Origin: a bacterium
GTDB taxonomy: Bacteria > Krumholzibacteriota > Krumholzibacteriia > G020349025
Direction: 5' to 3'
NCBI GenBank assembly: GCA_031362565.1
Contig: JANLSU010000130.1
Location: 1-60,963 of the forward strand
Length of the DNA stretch: 60,963 nt
Under the pieces are notes generated by a model. The model saw only the letters and a program-made list of their open reading frames with translations. It was not told the origin of the DNA and searched no databases. The position numbers were made by a program, and so were the translations under genes. Within the stretch, counting starts at the first letter, position 1, and each line of letters starts with the position of its first letter. Of the stretch, positions 29,036 to 39,131 are shown one piece after another.

Positions 29036-31563
29036 GCACGCCGCCTTCGAGTCCGCCCCGGCTGGCGGCGCGACTGAACTTCGCCGGCATCCGGGTCTTC
29101 GTCCGCGAGCCCCGGCCCGCCACCCCGGCCCGCCGGCGTGTCGGCGCCGTCCATGAACTCCTTGATGCCCTCGGCGAGCTCGAAGAGCGCGTCATCGACG
29201 CGTCGATGAAACGTGTCCGGCTCGAACCGATGCTTGCGGCGCCGCCCGGCCTTGATGCCGAAGAGAAGTTCGATCCCCTCGTCCACCGTGCGCAACGGAT
29301 AAATGTGAAACCGCCGCCGGCGGACTGCCGACACGATGTCCTTGCGCAGCATCAGTTCGGCGGCATTTTGCGCCGGGATGAGCACCCCCTGGGTGCCCGA
29401 CAAGCCGCGCGCCTGGCAGACGTCGAAGAAGCCTTCGATTTTTTCGTTCACGCCGCCCACCGGTTGGATCTGGCCCCGCTGGTCGATGGAACCGGTGACG
29501 GCGAGATCTTGGCGTGCCGGCACGTTGGCAATGGCCGAAAAGAGCGCGTAGACCTCGGCGGCGGTCGCGCTGTCGCCATCGACCCCGCCATACGACTGTT
29601 CGAACGCCAAACTGGCCGACAGCGTCAGCGGCTTGTCCTGGGCGTACATCCCCCGCAGGTAACCGGCCAGGATGAGGACACCCTTGTCGTGCGCCGAGCC
29701 GGACAAGTTGGCCTCGCGTTCGATGTTGACGATGCCACTGCGGCCCATGGAAACCTGGCTCGTAATCCGCGCCGGGCGGCCGAACACGTGATCCCCGAAG
29801 TCGAACACCGTCAGCGCGTTCACTTGGCCGACCTTGCGGCCGCGCAGGTCAATGAGCAATTGCCCGGTGTCGAAGGCTTCTTGGAGTTTGGCTTCCACCA
29901 GGCTGACGCGCTGCAAGCGCGCCGCGAGCGCCTGCTCGACCTGGGCAGCGGACACTGTACGGCGGCGGTCCTTGGTGGCCCAATAGTGAGCTTCGCGCAC
30001 GATATCGGCGATGTCCGAAAAACGCGTCGAAAGTTTGTCCTGCCGGCCGGCAAGCCGCGCGCTTGCTTCCAACACTTCGGCGACGGCGCCGGCGTCGAGC
30101 GGCAGAAGCTTTTCACTGTGCACCACGCCGGCAATGACGCCCACCGAATCGCGCACCGCGCTGCGGCTGCGCGGCATCGAGGAATCGAAATCGGCCTTGA
30201 CCTTGAAGACGCTGCGGAAATCCTCGTCGTGGTCGTACAGCGTCTGGTAAGTGAAGCTGTCGCCGATGACCACGACTTTGACCTGCAGGTCGACGGGCTC
30301 CGGTTTGAGCCCGGCGCCGGCCTGGCCGGTGAGCGGGTCGTAGCTTGGAATCTCGGCCCGCATGTTGCGGAGGGTGCGTTTGAGCGCCGGCCACACCGAA
30401 GCCTCGGCGCCGGCATCGGCTAAATTGAACACGAGATAGCCGCCGTTGGCGCGCAAGAAACTGCCGGCGCGGATGTTCAAGTGCTCACCGCGTTGCGGCC
30501 CGGAGCGATCCAAGGTGCGTTCCACGCCGCCGAACAAATTACGAAACGTCGGGGCGGTTTCCACGATCACCGGTGGCCGGTGTTGGCCGGCGTTGTCGAC
30601 GGCGAGGTTCACTTGGGCTGCGTCGAGCACTCCCAGGATGTCGTCCGGCACGATGTCGTCGGCGTCGCCCGGCATGTTGGCGACCCGTTCGAGTGCATCT
30701 TGCAGGGCCTCTTCGACGGCACGCAGCCATCCCGCGACGCGCGGTGCCGCCGTGTACTTGTCGCGCAGATCGGCGAGCGGCTCGCTGACCGCCGGTGCCC
30801 CAAACTGGCGGATGAGCGCCCGCACCGCGGCGCGCATGTCGCGTTCGTGCTGCCGGCTCGTGCGGACGAGGACCGCGAGCTCCGCCGTCAACGCCGCATG
30901 CCGTTTGGCGATCGCGGCGCGCTGGCGCGGCTTGCTGCGCCGTAGCGCGGCGTGCGCCAGCAGGTCCTGGATTGCAATGGTCTGGTCATTTACGACGGCA
31001 TGAATCTCGGTCCGGGCCGTGGCACCCTGCTCGACTTGGACGAGGCGAAAACCGGCCCGGCGCACCCGCCGGTCGAAAGCGTCGAACAGGCCCCGCACCT
31101 GTTCACGGAACTCGGCCTCGACGCGGGCGCGGGCGTCCTTGAAAGGCGGGCCGTCGAACAGCGCCGGCAGCGCGCGCCGCAGTTCATCACCGAAGTCTTG
31201 CAGATCCTTGCGCAAGACGCGGCCCAGGCCCGCGGGCAGCACCATCACGAGCGGTGATTCGGGTTGCCGGAAATTCTGCACAAAACACAGATCCGGCGGC
31301 GGGCCGCCCGGCAGATTCAATTCGTTCAGCAAGTGCTGAATGCCGGTCGTCTTGCTGCTGCCGGTCAGGCCGCAGACGTAGATGTTGTAGCCCGGGCTGC
31401 GGAATTCGAGCCCCAGTTGCAGGGCCTGCACGGCACGTTCCTGGCCGATGAGTTCGGTGCAACAGCCGATTTCGGCCGGCGAACGAAAACGCAGTGAGCG
31501 CGGATCACACCTCCAGCGCAGCTCGCTGGCGGGAAGCTCGCGCGGCCGTCTCGGCTTTTTCAT
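29032..31563 (-). CDS. Lon-like protease, AAA_32/LonC type
   Basis: IGQERAV..L.LG, P..RNLFG, ANGGYLV, FEQSYGGVDGDSA (Ser), VGGVNEKIEGFF (Lys). Confidence 0.9.
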   Translation of the reverse strand: MKKPRRPRELPASELRWRCDPRSLRFRSPAEIGCCTELIGQERAVQALQLGLEFRSPGYNIYVCGLTGSSKTTGIQHLLNELNLPGGPPPDLCFVQNFRQPESPLVMVLPAGLGRVLRKDLQDFGDELRRALPALFDGPPFKDARARVEAEFREQVRGLFDAFDRRVRRAGFRLVQVEQGATARTEIHAVVNDQTIAIQDLLAHAALRRSKPRQRAAIAKRHAALTAELAVLVRTSRQHERDMRAAVRALIRQFGAPAVSEPLADLRDKYTAAPRVAGWLRAVEEALQDALERVANMPGDADDIVPDDILGVLDAAQVNLAVDNAGQHRPPVIVETAPTFRNLFGGVERTLDRSGPQRGEHLNIRAGSFLRANGGYLVFNLADAGAEASVWPALKRTLRNMRAEIPSYDPLTGQAGAGLKPEPVDLQVKVVVIGDSFTYQTLYDHDEDFRSVFKVKADFDSSMPRSRSAVRDSVGVIAGVVHSEKLLPLDAGAVAEVLEASARLAGRQDKLSTRFSDIADIVREAHYWATKDRRRTVSAAQVEQALAARLQRVSLVEAKLQEAFDTGQLLIDLRGRKVGQVNALTVFDFGDHVFGRPARITSQVSMGRSGIVNIEREANLSGSAHDKGVLILAGYLRGMYAQDKPLTLSASLAFEQSYGGVDGDSATAAEVYALFSAIANVPARQDLAVTGSIDQRGQIQPVGGVNEKIEGFFDVCQARGLSGTQGVLIPAQNAAELMLRKDIVSAVRRRRFHIYPLRTVDEGIELLFGIKAGRRRKHRFEPDTFHRRVDDALFELAEGIKEFMDGADTPAGRGGGPGLADEDPDAGEVQSRRQPGRTRRRRA

Positions 31564-31679
31564 GCGAATCCGCCCCTCCACGCTCCGGCGATGCAACGGC
31601 AACGTTGCCGCTGCCGCGGCTGTCGCGCTTGGATGTCGCTGGATCAGCGGGGCACGATGCCCGCCGGGTGGGTCGAGGA

Positions 31680-31766
31680 TGGTGCCGAAGGCGGGACTCG
31701 AACCCGCACGAGGTTGCCCTCACTGCGCCCTGAACGCAGCGCGTCTGCCAATTCCACCACTTCGGC
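31680..31766 (-). tRNA. tRNA-Leu (CAG)
   Basis: GCCGAAG acceptor, anticodon arm CTGCG-TTCAGGG-CGCAG, long variable arm, GGTTCGAGTCC, encoded CCA. Confidence 0.97.
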
Positions 31767-31824
31767 ACCTAACGAAAACCGTTTGGCACGCAGCGGCTCG
31801 GACGAGCCCGGCAGCGCGAGCCGG

Positions 31825-31854
31825 ACTATAGCCACCGGCTTCGGGCGCTGTCAA
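31825..31854 (-). promoter_or_regulatory. Sigma70 promoter for tRNA-Leu (TTGACA-N18-TATAGT)
   Basis: Near-consensus hexamers upstream of the tRNA. Confidence 0.65.
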
Positions 31855-31951
31855 CGCGCCACCCTGCTGGACGCTGCCGGTCCGGGCGCGGCATACTCCG
31901 CGCGGCGGCCAAGGGCGAACGTGCTGTGGCGGCATTCCCGGGGGCAAAAAC

Positions 31952-32443
31952 GTGACTCAGGACGCGAGCGCCGGGAGCAAAGACGGTGGCGAGAAGCTCA
32001 TCACTTCGAACCGCAAAGCCCACCACGACTATCACATCCTGGAAACCCTCGAAGCGGGAATCGCGCTGCGCGGCACCGAGGTGAAGGCGTTGCGCGCCGG
32101 GCGCGCCAATCTCAAGGACAGCTACGTCGACATGCGCGACGGCGAGATGACGCTTGTCGGCGTCCACATCAGTCCTTACGAAGCCGGCAACCGCTACAAT
32201 CACGAGCCGGAGCGGCCGCGCAAACTCTTGCTGCACAAGCGCGAGATCCTGCGTTTCGGCCAGAAGGCGCGCGAGAAGAGTTTGACCATCGTGCCGCTGC
32301 GGATGTACTTCAAGGGTGGCAATGCCAAGGTGCTGATCGCGCTCGTCAAGGGTAAGAGGGAGTTCGACAAACGCGACACGATCTCCGAACGCGAATCGAA
32401 GCGTGCCGTCGACCGGGCGCTCAAGGAAGGACGGCACCGGTGA
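31952..32443 (+). CDS. smpB: SsrA-binding protein
   Basis: NRKAHHDY, EAGIALRGTEVKALR, RKLLLHKREI, GKREFDKR. Confidence 0.97.
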   Translation: MTQDASAGSKDGGEKLITSNRKAHHDYHILETLEAGIALRGTEVKALRAGRANLKDSYVDMRDGEMTLVGVHISPYEAGNRYNHEPERPRKLLLHKREILRFGQKAREKSLTIVPLRMYFKGGNAKVLIALVKGKREFDKRDTISERESKRAVDRALKEGRHR

Positions 32444-33939
32444 GAGCGGTGGCGGTGGCGGGTGCGGTGGGCTTGTTCCTGCTGTGGAGCGCGGCGGCTT
32501 TGGCTGCCAATTCGCAGTTGCGGGTGCTCGCGCCCGGTGGCCGGGTGGCGGGTACGGTGACGCTCGAGCGCCAGAAGAACGACCCGGACGAGTACTTGGC
32601 GGGCAGCGAACTCGCGGACGCCCTGAACCTCAAACGCTCCTGGAACGCGGCGACGCGGACTTTGGCGCTGCTCGTCGGTGACCACCGCTTGCAGGCCACG
32701 GTCGACTCACGCGTCGTCCTCGATGGCGAGGCGCAAATCACCCTCGGCAACCCGGTTCTTTTTCGCCGTGGCAGCGTCATGCTGCCGCTCGAGTTCTTGG
32801 AACGCGTCGTCGTGCCGCGTCTGGGGCCGAGCGCCAAGTTCGATCGCGCCGGCCGCGAACTGCGCCTAGGACCCAATGATCTGGACGTTCTGGGCGTCGA
32901 CGGCGCCGCCACCGCCTCGGGATCGGTCATCCGCATCCGCTTGGCGCGTGGCCGCGACATCAAGGCCGAGACGACGTCGCCGCAAATGCTGCGGGTGCAA
33001 ATTCAGGACGCCCGCATCGATCCCGTCGGGCTCGCCACCGACCGGCCGGCGCCGCTCGTCAAACGCCTGCGCGCCGAACAGCGCGGGCGCGATGCGGTCC
33101 TGTACTTCGAATTGGATGGGCCTCTGGCGGGATTCACGTCCCAGAAGGAGGATGATGGCCGCACCGCGGTCTTGGAATTGCAACGCGGTGCCGCCACGGC
33201 CGTGGCGCCGGTGACGGCCCGCCAGCCCGTTCTGCGTGATTTGGTGAACACCTCGAGTGACAGCGACAGCTTCGATGTGATCGTTCTCGATCCCGGCCAT
33301 GGCGGTTTCGACCACGGTGCCAAGGGCGGGGGAATGGAAGAAAAGAACGTCACGCTGCAACTGGCGCAAGCCATCCAGCCGGTACTCGAGCACGAACTGG
33401 GGGTGCGCGTCGTCGTGGTGCGATCGGGCGATGAAACCCTGGCGGCGGAAAGCCGTGCCGAAGTGGCCAACCGTTGCGGCGCTGACGTTTTTATCAGCCT
33501 GCACTGCAACGCGTGGTACGACGCCGCGGCCGGTGGCATCGAAGTCGACTACGCGCCACTCGAACATTCGACGACGGCGGAAGTCACCCTGGCTTCGGCG
33601 CGGCGCGGCGTGACCGATTTCACGCCGTGGTCGAGTGCGCATTTGCCGTACGTGCAACGCAGCCACCGGCTCGCGGACCTGGTCGCAACGGCACTCGGAG
33701 CCGCACTCGACCGTCCGAATCGCGGCGCGCGGGCGGCGGAACTCGAAGTGCTCGAGGGCGCCGCCATGCCCGGCATCCTGGTCGAGGTGGGCTTCCTCAC
33801 CAACCCCGATGACGCGCGCCGGTTGGGCGATCCGGAGTTCGCGGCGCACTTGGCGCAGGGGCTCGTGGCGGCGTTGCGGCAGTTCCGTTCGGAGCCGGTG
33901 TCGGGGCCGGATTCGACTGCGGTTGGAGGCGCGCGATGA
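32440..33939 (+). CDS. N-acetylmuramoyl-L-alanine amidase (Amidase_3)
   Basis: Signal peptide; DPGHGG, EK, SLHCN and VEVGF zinc/catalytic motifs. Confidence 0.88.
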   Translation: MRAVAVAGAVGLFLLWSAAALAANSQLRVLAPGGRVAGTVTLERQKNDPDEYLAGSELADALNLKRSWNAATRTLALLVGDHRLQATVDSRVVLDGEAQITLGNPVLFRRGSVMLPLEFLERVVVPRLGPSAKFDRAGRELRLGPNDLDVLGVDGAATASGSVIRIRLARGRDIKAETTSPQMLRVQIQDARIDPVGLATDRPAPLVKRLRAEQRGRDAVLYFELDGPLAGFTSQKEDDGRTAVLELQRGAATAVAPVTARQPVLRDLVNTSSDSDSFDVIVLDPGHGGFDHGAKGGGMEEKNVTLQLAQAIQPVLEHELGVRVVVVRSGDETLAAESRAEVANRCGADVFISLHCNAWYDAAAGGIEVDYAPLEHSTTAEVTLASARRGVTDFTPWSSAHLPYVQRSHRLADLVATALGAALDRPNRGARAAELEVLEGAAMPGILVEVGFLTNPDDARRLGDPEFAAHLAQGLVAALRQFRSEPVSGPDSTAVGGAR

Positions 33940-34526
33940 GCCCGGTGCATCGGGAAGATCCGGCGCGCCGCTCGCCGGTGCGCATGGCGCTCTGGTTCGT
34001 TGCGGCGCTCATTTTGGCGGGCGGCGCGTGGCTGCTCTTTTGGCCGCGCGCCATCGAGCCGCCGGAGGTCATGCCCACCCTTGCGGGCGAGCCCGGTGCG
34101 GCGGTGACCGCTTCGATCATGCTGTTTTTTGGCGATCGCGATGGCCGCTCGATCGTCACCGAGCAGCGGCTGTTGCCGGCGCAAGGTCCACTCGAAACGC
34201 GCCTCGGGTTGGTCGTCGCGGCACTCATCGACGGACCCGAATCGCCGGAGATGGTACGTTGTCTGCCGCCCGAGACGCGTCTGCGGCGCGTGTTCCACGA
34301 CGACGAGTCGGGAACGCTGTTCCTCGACTTCGATCCGGCACTCGTCACGCGCCACCCGGGCGGATCGGCAGCGGAATGGGCGACTCTCGCGACGCTGGTG
34401 CGGACGATCGGCAGCAATTTTCCGGAGATCGCCCGCCTGCAGATCATGGTGGACGGCGACCCGCTCGAGACCCTCGCCGGGCACTTCGACACATCGCGTC
34501 CGCTGGAGGTGGCCGCGTGGCAATGA
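33936..34526 (+). CDS. GerMN domain protein
   Basis: N-terminal TM; LIDGP, GGSAAE, QIMVDG..ETLAGH.D. Confidence 0.85.
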   Translation: MSPVHREDPARRSPVRMALWFVAALILAGGAWLLFWPRAIEPPEVMPTLAGEPGAAVTASIMLFFGDRDGRSIVTEQRLLPAQGPLETRLGLVVAALIDGPESPEMVRCLPPETRLRRVFHDDESGTLFLDFDPALVTRHPGGSAAEWATLATLVRTIGSNFPEIARLQIMVDGDPLETLAGHFDTSRPLEVAAWQ

Positions 34527-34575
34527 CTGCTGTTGGACCCCACCGCAGGATCAACCTTTCGAGACAGGAGACCGC

Positions 34576-35286
34576 ATGAGGCCGGATGGCCGTGCGCCGA
34601 ATCAGATGCGACCAGTGCAGATCGAGCGCGGATATCTGCGCCATGCCGAAGGCTCGGCCCTGATTGCGGTCGGGAATACGCGCGTCTTGTGTGCCGCGAC
34701 GGTGGAGTCGTCCGTGCCGGAGCACCTCAAGGGCACCGGCAAGGGTTGGGTCACCGCCGAGTACAGCATGTTGCCGCGCAGTTCGAAGCAACGCGTGCGG
34801 CGCGAATCGGTGAGTGGCCGGATCGGTGGCCGCACCCACGAGATCATGCGCTTGATCGGCCGCAGCCTGCGGACCGTCATCGACCTGCCCGCCCTCGGGG
34901 AGCGCACAGTGGTGCTCGATTGCGATGTCATCGAGGCCGACGGTGGAACGCGCACGGCTTCCATCACCGGGGCCTGCGTCGCGCTGCACGACGCACTGAC
35001 GACGCTCGGCCTGGTGCGGCACCCGATGCGCCAGCTCGTCGCCGCCGTGAGCGTCGGCATCTGCGCCGGGGAGCCGGTTCTCGACCTCGACTATCGCGAA
35101 GATTCGAGCGCCAGCACCGACATGAACGTCGTCATGACGGCTTTCGGCGGTCTCATCGAAGTGCAGGGCACGGCCGAAAAAGAGCCCTTCAGCGACGCCG
35201 AACTGCATGCCATGCTGACCCAAGCGCGGAGCGGACTCGCCGAACTCTTCGCCCTGCAGCGCACTGCCCTGGGGATGACGACATGA
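34576..35286 (+). CDS. rph: Ribonuclease PH
   Basis: [45 protein letters not shown]. Confidence 0.97.
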   Translation: MRPDGRAPNQMRPVQIERGYLRHAEGSALIAVGNTRVLCAATVESSVPEHLKGTGKGWVTAEYSMLPRSSKQRVRRESVSGRIGGRTHEIMRLIGRSLRTVIDLPALGERTVVLDCDVIEADGGTRTASITGACVALHDALTTLGLVRHPMRQLVAAVSVGICAGEPVLDLDYREDSSASTDMNVVMTAFGGLIEVQGTAEKEPFSDAELHAMLTQARSGLAELFALQRTALGMTT

Positions 35287-35963
35287 GCCGGCCACGGCTG
35301 TGCGTCGCAACGCGCAACGTCCACAAGCTCGAGGAACTGCGGGCCTTGCTCGCGGATCTCGACGTGGAACTCGTGAGCGCCGCCGAAGTGCCCGGTGTAC
35401 CGGAAGTCGAAGAGGACGCGACGACCCTCGAAGGCAACGCCGAGAAAAAGGCGCGCTGGGTGGCGGCAGCCGCCGGCTGCGTCGCGCTCGCCGATGACAC
35501 CGGACTCGAGGTCGATGCCTTGGGCGGCGAACCGGGGGTGTACTCGGCGCGTTGGGCGGGGCCGGAGTGCAGCTTCGCCGACAACAACAAGAAATTGTTG
35601 CACGAACTCTCCGATCTGCCCGAGAAGCAGCGCACGGCGCGATTCCGTTGCGTGATCGCGGTCGCGGTGCCGCAGGGCGACGCCGGCGAGTTCGCGGCGC
35701 GGGTGGAGAACTGCAGCGTGACGCTCTACGAGGGACGGGTCTTCGGGAGAATTGTCAGCAAGCTCCGCGGTACGAATGGGTTCGGCTACGATCCGGTGTT
35801 CTTCGTGCCGGAAAAGCAGCGCACGCTCGCCGAGTTGTCGATTGCCGAGAAGAACGAGATCAGCCATCGGGCGCGGGCCCTCGCTGCCGCGCGTCCGGCG
35901 CTGCTCGCGGCGCTCGCCGCATACGGCTCGCCACCGTCCGGGCCGGCGACCGGCGGCGCTTGA
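35283..35963 (+). CDS. rdgB: Non-canonical purine NTP pyrophosphatase
   Basis: [33 protein letters not shown]. Confidence 0.95.
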   Translation: MSRPRLCVATRNVHKLEELRALLADLDVELVSAAEVPGVPEVEEDATTLEGNAEKKARWVAAAAGCVALADDTGLEVDALGGEPGVYSARWAGPECSFADNNKKLLHELSDLPEKQRTARFRCVIAVAVPQGDAGEFAARVENCSVTLYEGRVFGRIVSKLRGTNGFGYDPVFFVPEKQRTLAELSIAEKNEISHRARALAAARPALLAALAAYGSPPSGPATGGA

Positions 35964-35988
35964 CGCCCGGGAGGCGCCAGGCTAGCGT
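35960..35988 (+). promoter_or_regulatory. Putative sigma70 promoter for tRNA-Pro (TTGACG-N17-TAGCGT)
   Basis: Spacing and position 12 nt upstream of the tRNA. Confidence 0.45.
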
Positions 35989-36000
35989 AGTCAGGATCCT

Positions 36001-36077
36001 CGGGGCGTAGCGCAGCCTGGTAGCGCACCTGCTTTGGGAGCAGGGAGTCGTCGGTTCAAATCCGACCGCCCCGACCA
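36001..36077 (+). tRNA. tRNA-Pro (TGG)
   Basis: CGGGGCG acceptor, anticodon arm CCTGC-TTTGGGA-GCAGG, GGTTCAAATCC, CCA end. Confidence 0.97.
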
Positions 36078-36133
36078 TTCGTCCTCGCCGGGGCTCGGGA
36101 TTCCGAGCGCGGCAAGCCGGCCGGGCGGCGATC

Positions 36134-38068
36134 ATGATGCCCTCCGAAGCGTCGTCGACGGAGCCCGAGGCCGCGGAACTCCGCGCGCGGCTCCGCAGGC
36201 TCGAAGCCGAACTCGTGGCGGCGCGCGAGCGCGAGACGAAACTCCAGGAATCACAAGCGCGCTATCGCATCCTGGCCGAAGACTCGCTGGCCGGCGTGTA
36301 CGTGTTGCAGGACCACAAATTCGCCTATGTCAACAAGCCGGCGGCGGCGCTCTTTGGTGCGGAACCGCAAGATCTCATCGGCCAGGACTTCACGCCTTTC
36401 ATGCTGCCGGAGACCGCGCCGTTGGTCGAAGAAAATATCCGCCGCCGCTTGGCGGGTGAGATCTCGAGCGCCCGCTACACGTTCCGCATTCGCACCGTGC
36501 AGGGCGAGATTCGCGACATCGAAGTTCTGGGCACGATCGCGACATTCGACGGCCGTCCGGCGATCATCGGTACGGCTCTGGATCGCACCGGTGACGTCGC
36601 GGCGCGCAATGCGTTGCAAGAACAAACTCGCCTGCTCGAACTGATTCTGGAGTGCATGGGGGATGGCGTCGCCGTCGCCAACCCCAAAGGCGAGTTCGTT
36701 ATTTTCAATCCGGCCGGAATCCGCATCACCGGCGTCGGGCCCACCGATGCGCCACCCGCGGCGTGGGGGGACGCGTATGGCATCTTTCTACCGGATCGGA
36801 CGACACCTTTCGCAGCCGGTGATTTGCCGCTGGCACGCGCGCTCCGCGGCGAGTCCACCGACGGGGTCGACATGTATCTGCGCAACCGCTCTCGGCCCGA
36901 CGGCGCTTGGCTCCGTGTCACCGGGCGGCCGCTCGTCGATGACGATGGTCAGATGCACGGCGGCGTGGTCGTCTTTCACGACACGACCGACCTTCGGCAC
37001 ACGATCGAAAAGCTCGAGCGTGCCGAGGCCAAGTATCGCGCCTTGGTCGAACAGTTGCCGGTCATCACGTACACGGCATCCGCCGAACCCATGGGCACCA
37101 TTCTGTACGTGAGCCCGCAAATCGAAACGGTGCTTGGGGTCGCTCCCGCCGAGTGGGTCGCGAATCCGAATCTCTGGCTCGGACACCTGCACCCGGAAGA
37201 TAGCGATCGCGTCGTCGCGGAAGTCCGCCACGCCTGGGAATCGCACCAGCGGTTCGTGTCCGAATACCGCATGATCACCCGCGCCGGCGATGTCGTATGG
37301 TTTCACGACGAAGCGGTCGTGTTGCACGACCTGCAAGGCAACGCATCGCTGCTGCAAGGTGTCATGTTGGACGTGACGGAACGCGAAACGGAACGCCGTG
37401 GACGCAAGCGCTTGCAGGCGTTGTCCGCGGATCTCGTGGCGGTGCAGGAGGCGGAGCGGCGGCGTCTCGGCCTCGAGCTGCACGACGACATTGGCCAGGT
37501 TCTGACCGGGCTCAAGATGATGCTCAATGCGGCGCTGGCGAGCCCGGGTCCCGAGTTGCTCGCACGCGTCGGCGACGCGGAACGGCTGGTCGATGAGGCG
37601 ACGCAGCGAGTGCGTGAGCTGTCGCAGCGCCTGCGGCCGGCGGCGCTCGACGACCTGGGCCTGCTGCCGGCGCTCGTCTCGCATGTGCGAAGCTACGAGC
37701 GGCAGACGAAGATCCAGGTCGAGTTCGAACACCGCGGCATCGAGCGGCGGCGCTTTGCCCCCGACGTAGAGACGGCCGCGTATCGCATCGTTCAGGAGGC
37801 GCTTACGAATGTTGCCCGGCATGCGCAGGTGCGCGCCGTGCGGGTGCGAGCCTGGGCCGAGGCCGGGCACCTGGCGGTGCTCGTGGAGGATCAAGGGGTC
37901 GGCTTCGATGCGGCGCTTGCCGAGGTCGACGGTGCGACCCGTGGTTTGGGTGGGCTGCGGGAACGCGCCGCACTTCTCGGGGGGCAAGTCTTGATCGAGA
38001 CCGCCCCGGGCCTGGGGTGCCGGGTGCACGTGGAACTGCCACTCGTGGATTTCGTGGACTGGCGATAG
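36134..38068 (+). CDS. Cytoplasmic triple-PAS sensor histidine kinase (HisKA_3)
   Basis: Three PAS/PAC repeats, ERRRLGLELHDDIGQ, EALTNVARHA, DQGVGF; no TM seen. Confidence 0.92.
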   Translation: MMPSEASSTEPEAAELRARLRRLEAELVAARERETKLQESQARYRILAEDSLAGVYVLQDHKFAYVNKPAAALFGAEPQDLIGQDFTPFMLPETAPLVEENIRRRLAGEISSARYTFRIRTVQGEIRDIEVLGTIATFDGRPAIIGTALDRTGDVAARNALQEQTRLLELILECMGDGVAVANPKGEFVIFNPAGIRITGVGPTDAPPAAWGDAYGIFLPDRTTPFAAGDLPLARALRGESTDGVDMYLRNRSRPDGAWLRVTGRPLVDDDGQMHGGVVVFHDTTDLRHTIEKLERAEAKYRALVEQLPVITYTASAEPMGTILYVSPQIETVLGVAPAEWVANPNLWLGHLHPEDSDRVVAEVRHAWESHQRFVSEYRMITRAGDVVWFHDEAVVLHDLQGNASLLQGVMLDVTERETERRGRKRLQALSADLVAVQEAERRRLGLELHDDIGQVLTGLKMMLNAALASPGPELLARVGDAERLVDEATQRVRELSQRLRPAALDDLGLLPALVSHVRSYERQTKIQVEFEHRGIERRRFAPDVETAAYRIVQEALTNVARHAQVRAVRVRAWAEAGHLAVLVEDQGVGFDAALAEVDGATRGLGGLRERAALLGGQVLIETAPGLGCRVHVELPLVDFVDWR

Positions 38069-38132
38069 GATCCGAGGAGCGCGATGGCGGACGGGCCCCG
38101 AGCGCCCGCCCCAGCCTGGGAGGGTGCCCAAA

Positions 38133-38819
38133 ATGATGTCGACCGTTCCGACCCGACCGACCCGCATCTTGCTGGTCGATGACCACTCGGTGGTGCGCGC
38201 AGGGGTTCGTTCCATCCTGCAGGCACAGGCGGATTTTACTCTCGTCGGAGAGGCCGAGGACGGCCTCGACGCGGTTCGCAAAACGGTCGAGCTCAAGCCG
38301 GATGTGCTCGTGCTCGACCTCGTTTTGCGCGGTGTCCAGGGCTTGGAGGTCCTGCGGCAGGTGCGCGAGCAGGCACAGCGCACGCGCGTTGTGGTCTTGT
38401 CGATGCACCAGGATCTCGCCTACGTTGTCGAGGCGCAGCGGGGCGGTGCCCTGGCCTACGTGCTCAAGGCGGGGCCTGGGGACGAGATCGTCAAGGCGGT
38501 CCGCGCCGCGATGCAGGGATTGAGCTACGTGAGTCCGCCCCTGAATCAAGCCGACATCGATACGGTGGCGAGGCAGATGGAGGGCGGCAAGCTCGACCTG
38601 TACGAGACGCTCACGACGCGTGAGCGGGAAGTGTGTCAGTTGGCAGCTCAGGGGTACACGAACGACGAGATTGGCGGGCAGCTCGACATCAGCCGGCGCA
38701 CGGTGGAGTCCCACCGGTTCCGGATGATGCACAAGGTGGGACTCAAGAACCAAGCCGAACTCGTACAGTTCGCGATCGGCCGCGGCGTGATTCCACGCCT
38801 GCCCGGCACTCGGCAGTAG
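38133..38819 (+). CDS. NarL/FixJ-family response regulator
   Basis: VDDH, LVLD, YVLK, LTTREREV LuxR-type HTH. Confidence 0.93.
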   Translation: MMSTVPTRPTRILLVDDHSVVRAGVRSILQAQADFTLVGEAEDGLDAVRKTVELKPDVLVLDLVLRGVQGLEVLRQVREQAQRTRVVVLSMHQDLAYVVEAQRGGALAYVLKAGPGDEIVKAVRAAMQGLSYVSPPLNQADIDTVARQMEGGKLDLYETLTTREREVCQLAAQGYTNDEIGGQLDISRRTVESHRFRMMHKVGLKNQAELVQFAIGRGVIPRLPGTRQ

Positions 38820-38854
38820 GTGTTCGTGATGGCATTTTCAGAAGGAGGCACCGC

Positions 38855-39061
38855 GTGAGCGAGGAGCAGGAGATTCTCATCGTCGTTTCGAAGCTGAAGA
38901 ATTATATTCGCGATAAGTCTGGAATGAATTCTTCCGCCGGCGTGGCGCAAGTGTTGTCCGACCACTTGCGCGGCATGTGCGATCAGGCGATCGAGAACGC
39001 CAAGAAGGACGGCCGCAAGACGGTGATGGATCGCGACGTTCCGCCCCTCGGGCCCGGCTGA
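38855..39061 (+). CDS. Bacterial histone-fold protein (Bd0055/HBb-like singlet), 68 aa
   Basis: AGGAGG RBS then GTG; EILIVVSKLKNYIRDKSGMNSSAGVAQVLSDHLRGMCDQAIENAKKDGRKTVMDRD with the RKTVxxxD histone L2/alpha3 motif. Confidence 0.88.
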   Translation: MSEEQEILIVVSKLKNYIRDKSGMNSSAGVAQVLSDHLRGMCDQAIENAKKDGRKTVMDRDVPPLGPG

Positions 39062-39099
39062 GGGCAGCGGTCCGCAGGGCGATCTGTCTGGAAAAGATG

Positions 39100-39128
39100 G
39101 CCCGCCCCCCACGCAGGGGGGGGCGGGC
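39100..39128. terminator. GC-rich hairpin between convergent histone and msrB genes
   Basis: GCCCGCCCCCC...GGGGGGCGGGC; CATCTTTT follows on the minus strand. Confidence 0.7.
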
Positions 39129-39131
39129 TCT

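Noticed and set aside
31770..31950. tmRNA next to smpB
   Set aside because: The gap is too short and has no ssrA-like ends; it holds promoter elements.
38633..38854. 142-aa extended version of the histone ORF
   Set aside because: The extension overlaps the response regulator; the RBS supports the GTG at 38855.
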